From Microthyrium microscopicum (Eukaryota): DNA of 64,000 bases. The DNA lies in assembly GCA_010405405.1 (NCBI GenBank), contig MU004234.1:2143697-2207696 (forward strand), in the 5' to 3' direction. The notes beneath the pieces are model-generated. The model was not told where the DNA came from. It made no database searches and saw nothing but the letters and a program-made list of their open reading frames with translations. This document shows positions 42,439 through 54,511 of this stretch, one piece after another (the first letter of the stretch is position 1; every line of letters starts with the position of its first letter). The position numbers and the translations under genes are program-made.

Positions 42439-45400
42439 TCATCGTCGGACGGAACGACCAGGCTCAGTGAAACCAGTGACATCCGCGAGCTTTCGTTTCA
42501 GACCCAGTACTGGCGCCGCGCTGTCACTAGGTATTCATAGTCGCCTCAGAAATTGGCATAAGAGCATGCGTAGTCGCTGATTCCTCGCCAGTTGAGCTAT
42601 TAGCCTTCAATCCCTCCATCAAAACCAGTTCTGTATATCTAACTCCCAGCAGGCTTTCAAGAAGAGGACCTCGAAGTGGCGTCAAATCCTGAAGAAGCGA
42701 ATCAAGCTTTTGTCGCCACGCCTTGATGTTAATGTCATAATGATTGGTAGTTTTCGTCACCACAAGAGTGTGAGGAACTCTAGACTTGTCAGTTTGACGT
42801 CTAACAAGTCGTTTATCAAGGAGGGATCCCAAGTGACTACGGTCCCGGGCATTGCAAGAGAAGCGACCAATTTGCTCCGTCGGGCTGGCAAGGAATCGCT
42901 TAAGGGCCCTACATGGCCCAAGAGCAGAGCAAGAGAGCTCTCCACATGTCGGTGTTGGCATGGACCAGCCTTTGCGAGAAACCGGTCTTGCCTGTTCATA
43001 GGATGTTTTGATCTGTTCAAGAACCTCTACAACCACTTTTAATGCTGCTGGTATAGTCTTGTGGTTTGCCTCTGATTCCAAGCATCGAGTGAGGGAGCGG
43101 ATGAATTTGATGCGACGCTGTAGCCTTTCTCCCTGGATAATCGAACTTGAAAGTACAGTAAACGAACAGGCACTAATGAGCGAGTTGACTTCTTCCCCAA
43201 AACCTGGGATAGTAATCAGAGCGTTAACCAAGGTAAGGAAGTCCTCAAAGTAGGAGTTGCCCCCTTTTGGACTGTATTTCGGGGTTTCATTGGTTTCGCG
43301 AAAATCATAAGGGGTTAGTCCCATAATTGCAGCTTTGCCTCGCAAAACAGGCCTCGACAGATAAACGATATCCTCGAGAGACAGGTATACGCGACATTGA
43401 CTACACATTTGAAGCAAAATCGCCATATTGGACTCTCGACGATTGTTGTTCATGAACTCGGGCATGAATCTGTTAAAGTTAGCGTTAGTATCTGACATAG
43501 AGCATATCTAAAACGCCGAAAGACTGATGTCTAGACCAGGGACATGTATGACTTACTTGTTCATCACCCATTTGGCCCCTGAGACCCGAATAAGTCCAAT
43601 TATTGAAGCTCGAACGCGGTACGGGTACATGATGGCATATGAATGCAGCTCCCTTTCTACTCTGGAGACTATCCAGTCTCTTAAACTGGTCCGTAATGTA
43701 TTGTACTTTCCGTGTTCCTGGTCGTGATCGCGTTTCGCCCCCTCTTCCTGTTGGCTTTCGTCCCCGCCTTCACTCGCGCTTTCACTGTCTTCTTCACTGT
43801 CGTTTCCACTGTCATTTTCATTGCTGTTTCCACTGTCATTTTCATTGCTGTTTTCGCTGTCATTTTCACTGTCGGTTTTGGTGTCGTTCTCACTGTCGTC
43901 TTCACTGTCATCTTCTTCATCGTCTTCACATTCCGTCTCAGTTTCGTCGTTGTTTTCCTCTTCGGTGTATTTGCCCTGACTTTTCCATCGAGAATCAATG
44001 GACAGGAAAATTTTCAGAAAGTTCTCAACATTCATATTTTCAGGTAAGATCGCCTCCAGCCTGCAATTTGTAAGCACAAAACAAGTAAGCATAGGAACTA
44101 CAAACCAGGCATGCCATTTGGGGACACCGTTAGCATCAACAGCAGTGTGATAACTGATCATAGTACTCATGGCGTCGATCAGATCATCAGAGAAAATGAA
44201 GCCCCTAGCATCAAGCAGGATGGCAAGTCCACGACGACAAGCCCCTAAGAACCCGAGTTTCATGGTCCATGTTGTGATGTGGTTAGCAGTGCGGCGATTG
44301 TTCTCCAATGTGTGACCAAGGATGTGCTCCACGTTCCTAAGCAGGGGAGTGTTATTTGGTTGCTTCAATGCGTCTTCGCATACGAGGTCGATGAATTGGC
44401 GAGAGAACTCATACCGACTGTCGTAAAGAGCCTTGAATAGGCGATCTTGAGGAACTATCAACATGACCTACAATCAACAAGTTAGCCCGGATTGTGGGGT
44501 AATGATACTGAAGCACCGTATTTGGCGCGCAATAAGGATGCGCGGAGGGGTTTATGAGATCGTACCGAAGCTTTGTGCTGACATTCTGCTTCCATCATCG
44601 TGTGACGGATACTATCGCCATCTTCATCACTCCCAGAGTCATCCTCGCTATTGGACTTCTCATATAACCACTTTTGAAGCAGCTCATTTGGCTGAATTGG
44701 GGCCCCACCGACAACATGGGTCCCATCTAATGTTCTGATGTCCTCTAAGATGGTATCATCTTCCGAACAACCATGGAATTCTTCATGTTCTTCATCCATG
44801 GTGTGTTTCATATTTGCAAGAAAGACATAATAGCCCAATTCCGGGCATAAGGATTGCAGTAGTTATGCCGCTGACCGTTCGCGTCCGTCCAGGTTGTCGA
44901 TTTTGAGACTGGCAAAAGTATACTGATAATGCATAATATACACCAGTTTGTTATGGGGCATGAGCTGCGGCCAATCGATCAGCAGTTTGCGTAGCATGGT
45001 GTGTGTTTCCATCATCGACTCAGCTGTGCATATTTCTTGGCCTGCGTTCTGGTATAGATTGCTCGTCAGAGCAAGTCGGTAGCCACTTTCGATCAGTGTG
45101 CTCTGTGGAACAACATCAGAGTACCACGCGAGAGTTGTAAGGGCATATTCCGATGGAGGAGCAGGTTTTATCACTAGGCGTCTTTGTGTCCCGGCATGAA
45201 AGATCCGCATATCACCCCCGGTGTGTTTAGAGGGCAATAGTAAGATGAAAGTGCCAAATGTTCCCGGAATCTTCGTTGTAGCTTTTTGAGGGTCGAACAC
45301 TGCATCTTTCCCGTACAGAACCAGTTTCGAAGGCTTACATCCAATGTTGCCCTGCAATATGCCCAACTGGTCTAGAGAAATCTTAGTAAGAGATAGAAAG

Positions 45401-45729
45401 TAGTCGTTCCAAAAAGGATTGCGGCATTGGAATTGATCGGTGTCGAAACTCCATATATTCATCTCACTCCCATCTCCTCCTCTAACAGCAGCTTGCGTGA
45501 TAAGGGATTCGGCGTCGCGCGAGCATAGTGGTAACGGTATTGACCCACATCCCTCGACATCTAATCCTGGGCTGCAAAATGTGGTGGAGAAGGTTGAGGC
45601 TACGAATGAACCTTGTGGTTTGGAATAGTCGAGAGTATAGCGCAACTTCGTAATGAAGTTCCACTCTATATTTGCTCGAGTTTCGCCATACTCTTTCTCG
45701 AGCGCGCTGATGCCATTGGCATCGTCCAT
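42439..45729 (-). pseudogene. 2OG-Fe(II) oxygenase-like paralog B, disrupted
   Basis: Colinear with 48434-51537, with introns at equivalent positions (44565-44468, 44105-44061, 43556-43470). In-frame TAA at 44865-44863. Frameshift near 42527 cuts off the AAPVLGLKRK tail. HxD reads QKA and the distal His reads Pro. First in-frame ATG at 45729. Confidence 0.82.
43770..43930 (-). repeat. 12/24-bp tandem repeat encoding an acidic (D/N-D-S-E) tract in paralog B
   Basis: Recurrent ttcactgtc(a/g)tt and cactgtcattttcattgctgtttc units. Confidence 0.85.
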
Positions 45730-46326
45730 GTCTTGGTAGATGTTAATGAGTACTTGATGATTAATCCGATCATCAATCGTTTCGGCGCGAGTCCACAGAT
45801 ATGCAGTATAATCGCTCCCTCGCTTGGTAGGGCGACCAAAAATGGTCTTTTTCGTCAAGTGAGATGCTTTGCACTTGTTGCTCTTCCTTGGTATCCATAC
45901 GATTTCGACTACTCTATCTACAAAGATGACGTTCTAGGGCGAAATCACGGTCGCGTCGTAACAACATGGATAAAGTGGAGACTTCCACACTACTCCCTGA
46001 CGCCACCAGAAATACGACGCGTAGGTCGCGCGCTATCTCGTGAGAATTACTAACTTGCGAAGGACCAGAACCATTTCTTTATATTTTGCATTACTGACAT
46101 GGGAAACGACACGGTGTTGAAGGTTTCGAACAATTAATCGAGGAATACAATGCGTCGGATCTCAACCTGATTCAAACTCCCAAAGGTGTATACAAAGTTC
46201 CAACCAACTTTCGATCTGCGAGGGCACTTTCCCATCCAATTTTCCATTGATGTTCACTGTCACAGCCAACCCTTCAAGGACCACTTTTCAAAGACACCCA
46301 ATGTGAAACTCAACTCAGTGATCATT

Positions 46327-47759
46327 TTAGGTATTGCTGACCGAGCGGCTTTGCAGTGATTTCGCGCGAATCTGCTCGAGATTCGTTCGCAAAGCAGTGT
46401 TGTTTGGCTGTTTTTGTGCATCTTCGGACAGGATGTTTATAAACTGCTCGGATACTGTGTATCGAGGATGAGAAAGGGCTTTGAACAGTTGATCTTGTGG
46501 GACTATCACCAAGACCTATTTCCATCATATCAGTAACACAAACACACAATGGAATAAAATCGCAATAGGGAGCATACCGAGGCTGAATGGTGACATTTTG
46601 AAGGAGCTTTAACGCTCTTTGACTTTTTCTTGGCATATGGGTTCGGAAGGAAGTCTTCCTCCCCATAGGGATCTTCATTATCCAGATTAAACTGCCAATC
46701 CTGAATCACATCTGTTGGCTGCAAAAGACCTCTTTTGAGCACTGGCGTTCCACTAAAAGTGACGATATTGCATAAGGATGCCGTATTGTCGCTACAGCCC
46801 TTGAAATCTCCCTTACGAGAGGCGTTCGAATTATGGTCCATATTGGCCAAGAAGACGTAGAACCCATTCGGAGGACATACTGCGTGCAGTCGCTGGGCGA
46901 TGATTTCTTCAGGTCCGTCCAGTTTATCGAGACGGAGACTGGCTGTATCATATGGATGGTGCATGATAGAAACTATCTTGTTTTGCGTTAGAGAACCTTT
47001 CCAGCCTTCGAGATGCTTTTTGAGATCGCTATTGAATTTCAGCATCGATTCGGCTGTAGGTGAGTAGTAGTCATCGATCAGAGTGCATGTCAGGAAGAGC
47101 CTGGCTCCACTCTCAATTAGATCGCTTTGGTGGACGACATCGTTGTACCAGGCAAACGTAGAAATCCCTTCCTCGGACGACATAACTGGCTCGAAAGAAT
47201 GCTCCTCCTGGTGCCCCGGCATGAGAAAGCGAACACGGCCGCCAGAACTCCTCGATGGTAAGCACAGAACCAGCGTGCCAAAACCGTCTTCCGTTTCTCC
47301 AGAATCTTGTCGTGGGTCGAAATCGCTGCCCTTTGTAGAGAGCACCAATTTCGGGAGGGTACGGCGAAAGCCACCTCGTACCCCAAGCTTCATCGCAACC
47401 TCCGCAACCGCAGAGTTGAAGTAACGCCCCCAGTTCGGGTTGCGGCACTCAAACTGTTCTTCTAATTCAAAGTCTAGTGTCTTCTCGTCCTGGACATGGC
47501 TTTCGTCAGTCCAGATGTTGGTCCGAACATGCTTGATGATGGCTTCGGCTTGCTCGTGATCAAAAGGTAGTTTTATACGTCCATAACCCTTGAGGTACAA
47601 GTCAGGGTCGATGTACTGAGATTCGCGATGAAAGGTCGCTATTGGGCCGTAGGGTTCCTCACGCTCGAGTATGGACAGGAGCGTATTCTTGTAAATCCAT
47701 GGCTTATCGGTGGTGAAAGGAGCAAAGTCAAACTGGTCTAGGTTCCCGTATGCATTCAT
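46327..47759 (-). pseudogene. 2OG-Fe(II) oxygenase-like paralog C, C-terminally truncated (about 456 aa if translated); intron 46577-46516
   Basis: FGTLVLCLPS, AWYNDVVHQSDLIESGARL and GFYVFLANM. HxD reads RQD. Exon 2 stops at 46327, and homologous residues (ITELSFTLG, EGLAVTVNING) continue beyond the stop in two different frames. Confidence 0.75.
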
Positions 47760-48433
47760 GTCTTCGAAGCTATGGTGTGATGCCGCTAGGGGTCAGAAAG
47801 ATTAGGAATGCAGCCAAGGGAAGATGAGAACCCTCGCGCGACTTGAGGATGAGGGAACTGCAGTTGAATATTTTGTCTTGTTCAAATTTCAAAACAGTCG
47901 GATTGGGTGGTTCGAAATGCGAACGCCACCGTTTTCGCAAAACGCGTCAACCTTGTACAAGTGGCAGGCTGGAAGAGGCGCGTTCACATCACACGCCACA
48001 TACGTAGTCTCCAAATTTGATGACACTGTTGAAGGGAATTTCTGCGCAGAAGATGAAGTTGGAAAGCTGCGTTGAGAAAATAACAGGTGTCAACAGCTAC
48101 AATCCCGTTGTGGAAAACTAAGGCCTCTAACCCCATCTTTAAGGTGGATCCACATATCATGCGTACGAATAGTGTACCAGTTTTGATTAAGCGAGCAAAC
48201 TGCATAGATTCGCTGCAAGAATCCAAGAACAATAGATGAATAGATATGCAGCAGCGCCCGCTTGCCAACGCGAAGCTGCGCTCGAAAATGCTTTCGATGA
48301 CTCAAAGTACGTGGAAGAAGCTATCGAACTCTTTGCTTCATGATGCTGAAATCAGCCCGTAAGACTGAAAACAGCATATGAGCCCGGACTGCCCGCCCTT
48401 GACCTCTCATTTTTTTGTGAGTTAGTTAGGCAG

Positions 48434-51400
48434 TTAGGTCAGGTCGACGACTTCTACGAACTTCCTCTTGGTTCCAACAACAGGTGCGGCGGGCCCTCTG
48501 TTGAGGTTACCGCCAGATGCTGGCATCAGGTGATGTGTGTTCGCAGGCTCTTGTGCTGGGACGTTGCCTTTCAATAGTCGTCCCACAGAAAAGTAATGAT
48601 CATATTCGCTGTCAAATAGATTCTGTAGAAACGTGCTTCTGATCGTTTGGAGACTTTGATGGAATCCTTCGACTTCACTCGTCCAGCTTTTGAGCAATAC
48701 GTCGTATTCTGTACGTTTCTTGGTGACCACAAGAGTAAAAGGGCTGCCGGACTGTTCAATATGAGAGTCCAGAAATCGGCCGTCAAGGTTGTATTTAAGA
48801 TGCTTCCGCATCTCGCCATTGCGCCTGATATGGCATACTCGCTCAATTGGATCGGCCAGGAAGCGATCCAGCTCAAGACAAGGACTGCACGACATGGTTG
48901 AGCACTTAACCAATGGCAAGGCCCATCCATTCCCTGGCATCGGTCTTTTACCTTCGAAGTATCTCGCGGCGTTGTCCAGTAGGCTGATGATGAGGTCTCT
49001 GATCGCTTGCAATGTCGAGAGCCCTATCCATGCTGGCATTGATTCGGTAAGCTCGTGAATGAACGGTAATTGACGCATGACATTGTGACCACTTTGAGAG
49101 TTTGGGTCAGAGAAGTTAAGCCAGGATGCGGTTATCACCGCATCCATCTCCTCGACGAGTTTAAGTTCCAGCATGTTACTAACCAGTCGAAGGAATTTGT
49201 TGCAAGATGTCGCTCCATAGTGAAAATTGTGGCCCGTCAGCGCAAGAGTGGACGCTTTTGCTTTCAACACAACCCTGAAAATATCAAGAATATCTTGGTT
49301 ATTCAAAAGCTTCTTGCCCTGAGAAGCTAGAAGAAGAAGAAACTCCGTGGTATTCTCCTGCTTGCTTTCTCGCAAGAACTCCGGCACAAAACTGAACCAA
49401 GAAATTAGCTTCATGTCGAAGAACGTTTGTTGCACAATGGCCACACGATGAAGAAGTTCACTGCCATCCGCTCCTCTAGAGACTTACTTGTCGAAAAACC
49501 AATCGCGCCCATTAAAGTGGAGGAGGTTTAGAACTATTGGCATCTGTTGCGTAGACAAAGAGTGCGCAAACGACGGTACCTTTTCGCATAGCAGTGAAGA
49601 TATCCAAGTTTTGAAGTCGACTCTCAAGGCGCCTCCTGACAGGAGAGGTGTTATAGCTACAAATATCTTGAACAAATTCGGAACAGTCATCGGAGGGGTG
49701 ATATCGAGGAGCCTAAAACATGTTAGCGAAGAAAAATGAAGGCGATGTTTCACCAACCATTGTTTCCATTGGGGCGAGTAACCGCCTATTTCAGAAGCCT
49801 TTTGGTTGATCGTGCTAGCGATACTTTCGGCCACCGACAGTGGGAAGCTGTTGTATATCAGGGAAACTGCGAGGCCGCTGCGACAGATTTCTGGAAACCC
49901 GAGTCGTATACTCCAGTCAATCACCAAGGCCAGCTTTTGCAATTTCCATTTAGAAGAAAGCTTTAGAAACGCTTCAACATCGCAGCGTAGTCTAGTATTG
50001 CCTGGCTGCTGGAGTGACTGTCTGCAAAGACTAATCAGAAACTCGTCTGGTATTGGATTGTAGTCGCCTCGAATAGCTTGGTAGAGTCGACTTTGTGGCA
50101 CTATCATCACGACCTAGATCTCATCAGCTCTCATTTCCCGCAACAATGCGGTGTGGTCAAAGTTTTGCAGAATCTGCCCTTCACAGGTTCCGGTGTTCTG
50201 GAAAGCAATCTTCTAGTTGATAATAGGTAGTGAGCGGGACATACCGAATTGTGATAGCGAAGAGATGGGGGCATACTCTCATTGCCAGTGAACTCACCCT
50301 CCTCTTCACTGTCTGGAGTGCGTTGGAATGGTTCATCCTGAAGTATATCTTCTATCTCAACTGACACCTTGTCTGTTACCGGTACGCCAGTCAGGGTTCT
50401 AATATTTTTCAAGGTGGTATCATCTCCAAGATCATCGTCATCGCCATAGTCTTCTATATGCCAATGATCCAGAGTCGCCAGAAAGATATAGAACCCTTTG
50501 ACTGATGAGACCGTCTTCAATTGTTGCACTACTGCCTTATCACGCCCTTTTAGGCTTTGGAGCTTGAGGCTTTCTTGAGAGTACTGATGATCCAGAATGT
50601 AAATTTGTTGGTTGGATGAAAAGTGGTCGTGCCAGCCAGCAAGCACACGTTGAGTGAGAATGTCCTGTTTCAGCATTAGACCAGCAGAGCTCTTGGAAAT
50701 CCCGGAAGCACTTTGGATTAAATTGTAGGTCAAAACCAAGCGATATCCACTCTCCACGGGTTTAATCTCGTGAGTAACATCAGAATACCAGGCGAGAGTT
50801 GAAAAATCGAATGTGGACCTCGGAGCTGTTTTGAATATTTTTGTGCTTCCAGCGTGAGAGACGTGTACCTCGCCACCAGTATGCTTCGATGGCAGACACA
50901 CGACGAGAGTGCCAAACATACCCAACACTTTTTCGGTATCTTTATGGGGCTTGAAGAACGCCCCCGTCTCGTATAACAGTAACTTATAGAGTTGTGCATC
51001 AATCGAGCCCTTCACCCCTAGTTCTTGGCCTGCTTTGTTGACTAACGCGGTGATATAAGCAGTCCAGGTAGGATTCTCGCATTGAAACTGGTTGGAATTG
51101 AGCTCCCAGGTGTTCCGGACAGAGGTGTCAACAAGGGTCTCGTTGCCTTTGCCAAAAGGCGCCTGTTGGCTAACGTTGATAATAGCTTGAGCTTCGCGTG
51201 GTAACAAGGGCAGAGGAATAAGTCCACGTCCCTCGATATTCAAGCCTGGATTCACAAATGTTGGGGTGTGGTACTCTGCTGCAAAGGAGCCAGCAGTCTC
51301 GACGCCGTCAAGTAGCTCACACAGCTTGGTCTTGGTTTCCGATTCTGGGGTGGACTCGCTCCCATCGTCTTCATCGTCTTCGTCGTCTTCTTCGTCCTCA

Positions 51401-51537
51401 TCATCTTCACCGTCCTCATCCTCTTCGCTCGTCTCCGGAACTTCATCACTGGGGTTCTCGTCAAATGCCTCGTTGCTGACTTCATTGGCCCTCGGTGGAT
51501 ATGAATCACCTCTCATGCTTGCATTGCGGAATGGCAT
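48434..51537 (-). CDS. Large 2OG-Fe(II) dioxygenase-domain protein (paralog A, intact, about 943 aa); introns 50244-50114, 49757-49713, 49487-49392
   Basis: QAPFGKGNETLVDTSVRNTWEL, LYKLLLYETGAFFKPHKDTEK (HxD), SDVTHEIKPVESGYRLVLTYNL (distal His and 2OG-binding Arg). C-terminal CSTMSCSPC...RKHL...TLVVTK and terminal KRK. The spliced length of 2832 nt is in frame. Confidence 0.88.
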
Positions 51538-51960
51538 AACTGTTAAATTGTCACCAATGTAATCTTGATCGCTGAACTATGGTACTGGACGCGACATGCA
51601 GTAACGCGTCGAAAACACGCCATCACGTGAATAACGCCACCGACTTTTCCCCTTCTTTTCGGAGTTGATCTTTTCAAACTTGTTCATCCATCTCCTTTTC
51701 GGCCATTATGATTGCTTTGGTGATCATTTATAGCTCTACAGGATCAAATGGAACCGGAAAGCCCCGTGACGATTGATTTAGCTACAGTATGATGACAGAA
51801 CCTGCTCATTGTTTACCCTGCTACCTCTTGCGTACTCAGATAGGTATGGAGGTACATGTGTATGAATGGAGGCTTGTTTCCAATCTTGTTGGCACTTCCA
51901 TGAAATATGCAAGAGATTTCTTGTCAATGACATTCGACCAAAACTTGCAACGCAAGAAGC

Positions 51961-54511
51961 TCAATTTTGATCCGGGAGAAAGCGGCCACGCACCCAGTCC
52001 TCCCACTCACTGCATGTTTGTTTCATGGCGGAAGGTATAGTAGAAAGACTGCGAACCTTGTCTGGGTGTTCCTACAGAACCGCAACGGTTAGCATGTGAG
52101 GCACAATTTCAAGGACTAATATTACCAGGAAGTTCATTACAAGGCCATCGGAGACATGCCATGGAATGTGGCAATGGAACGGCCATAGTCCTGGGTTATC
52201 AGCTTTGTACTGGAAAACAATATGACCATTTGGTACAACAATCTGCGTATCTCTGCGAATGGGATTCTTCAAATTAAGAGTCTTCTCGTCCCAATTACCA
52301 GTGCCTTCTGCGAGAACCATCATGTCGTGCCCATGAAGATGAATGGCATGTGCGTTTTGCATGTAAGTTGGGTTATTCAGCACCACTCGTATTGTTTGAT
52401 TTGAAGCAAAGTCATACACTTGGTCGAACTAAAGAAACTTTAGATTCGATAGCACGGAAGAGTACAGAAGACATATTTTTGGAACTTACAGACGACCACT
52501 TCTGGCTGGCGATACCCTGATTCGCCTTCGAAAGTAGTGGGGTGCTATAGTTCCCTTTGAATGTTTCCGGAAAGTTGAAAGAGAACATGAGATGGCCGGT
52601 AGAGTTGATGGTGTAGAAAGTATTGAATGTTCTGATCGTTGTGGGCTCTTCCGCATCCATTGGGTAATATGGCTTCGAAAGTGGTAGTGGATCCTTTGCA
52701 GAGAGTCAGCCGGCATCCGAAACAATTCAAAGACTCGGTTTCTCTTACGCCTGCACACCAGGAACTATTATCAACCTGCGCCTTTGATTTCGGCTCCAAT
52801 GTCAAATCTGCTTTTGGATATCGGACCATCGCCATGGCTTCTCCCTGCCACGTCAAACTGCACCATGCGACCCTGGAGCGAGCCCAGAAGGATTCACCAT
52901 CGTTACCAGTGGCGGTGACGATTACATCGCTTCGTTGGCCGACCTGTGTAGCATGTTAGATTTCCCACGCACGCGGGTTGAAGGACAAAACTCACTGCCA
53001 GCGTGACGATATTGGTCTCATAAGGTTCAATTTGTGTGTAGTCAGTTGCAACCACAGTCAAGTTATGCCCATCGATTCCGAATTTTTGCGTTCCATCCCC
53101 GCCGACATTCGCTAGTCTTAACTTATATCGTTTGCCCTTCTCAAAATTCAGGGTCTGTAGCTGACGCTTCCATCCTGATGAACAGTTTTTGGCTTCCGTT
53201 GAGCCACAATTGTTGTAAGCTCCCTTTCCATTGATTAAATTGGCACTTGCAATTGGTAGAAGTCCAAGAAGCTGGGATAGCCATCAGCAAATGTGGTCGG
53301 CTTATGGAGTATGAATATTTTCTTTACTTTCGGAATGTTGACAATATCTTGGAGACGTACTCTCATCACTTCTTCGTTCACAGCCTCGTAGCTCTCGTGT
53401 CTCCAGTCGTGAAGAAGTACAGGACCGAGATCGACTTCAAAATCAACGTGATCTGGGCCGTAGATTACCATTGCTATTATATTTGTGAGCTCTTATGTGA
53501 ATCAAAGTCTTGCGGCTGACCTTACCTCCAGTGATGCCGTCGACATACTGAGAACTGTAGTGAGAGTGATACCATGAAGTACCCTATTTCCTGTCTTAGT
53601 CTGCTGTGTTCTAATGCAGTATAAAACCTACATATCGGTCTCTTCAAAACTGTTAGCTGATTCCATTCTAAGCGAGAATGATCACATACGCCCTGAAACG
53701 GTATTTCATCTGCTTGTTTGGGGCTATTGCACATTGCTGAAAACTTGTCAGTGACAACTTGGGCTGCGTCCATCATACCTACTGATATACCAGGCACGCC
53801 ATCCATCCACGGAGTCTCTCTCTGCTGAAGTCTACAACATCAGCATCTAAGTTTGGAAAGCATTGTGATATAATTACCCATGCCAGTGAATCGCTGCTCC
53901 CTCCTCTGGACTTGTGATATTATTTATTAGATCGACTTCTATCCAATCACCCCAATTTGCTTCAATCATCGGCTGTGGTTCAGTAACATTAGCCAAAGCT
54001 CTTTGCTAGGTGTATCGCAAACTCGAAGCAGCCGCAATACATACTCCAGGAAATTGACCATTGACGAGAATGACATCTTTGTTGAAACCATCTGGAGCGA
54101 TTTTAGATCTGCTCAAAGTGAACTTGTACTTTCGAGTCATTCCTTGTTTTTGTGAGTTGCAATGATACTTAGCGATCGAAGTGACAAGTTACCTGTACTC
54201 GGTGTCCCCAGATATGGGTCAGTATTTTTACTCGTTCGGTCTCCCCATGGTGCTACACCAGGCTTTGAATTCTACAAAGATTAGCCTAGACTTGCGCTTA
54301 TGCCTCCAATTCGATAGCGTACGGCGTATGGTAGAAACCGCGGAAGAGGAGCCCCTATATCAGAAGTTAATCTGACGAAATTATTGACCTGAACTCGAAA
54401 TCACAACAAAATGGCAACTCAAGAAGTGTACGAACCATAATTAGGATATTCCACATGGGCAAACACCAATACCGTCCAGAAATGAATAATCAGCGAAATC
54501 GAGAGTTTCAT
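51961..54511 (-). CDS. Secreted laccase-like multicopper oxidase (AA1), about 14 introns
   Basis: Signal peptide and all four Cu motifs: IHWHG (about 53885), WYHSH (about 53570), HAIHLHGH and HCHIPWHVSDGL. Exons could be joined in frame by eye. Confidence 0.9.

Noticed and set aside
43639..44073. His/Cys-rich (HCHFHC) and Val/Phe/Thr-rich ORFs
   Set aside because: Alternative frames of the acidic 12-bp repeat in paralog B.
49461..49487. 27-nt intron in paralog A
   Set aside because: Too short and lacks a branch site. The acceptor at 49392 has GCTAAT upstream and matches the paralog B junction.
42439..51537. 2OG oxygenases as TET/JBP genes linked to KDZ transposons
   Set aside because: The motifs resemble the prolyl-hydroxylase-like 2OG group rather than TET/JBP, and no KDZ-type transposase is adjacent.
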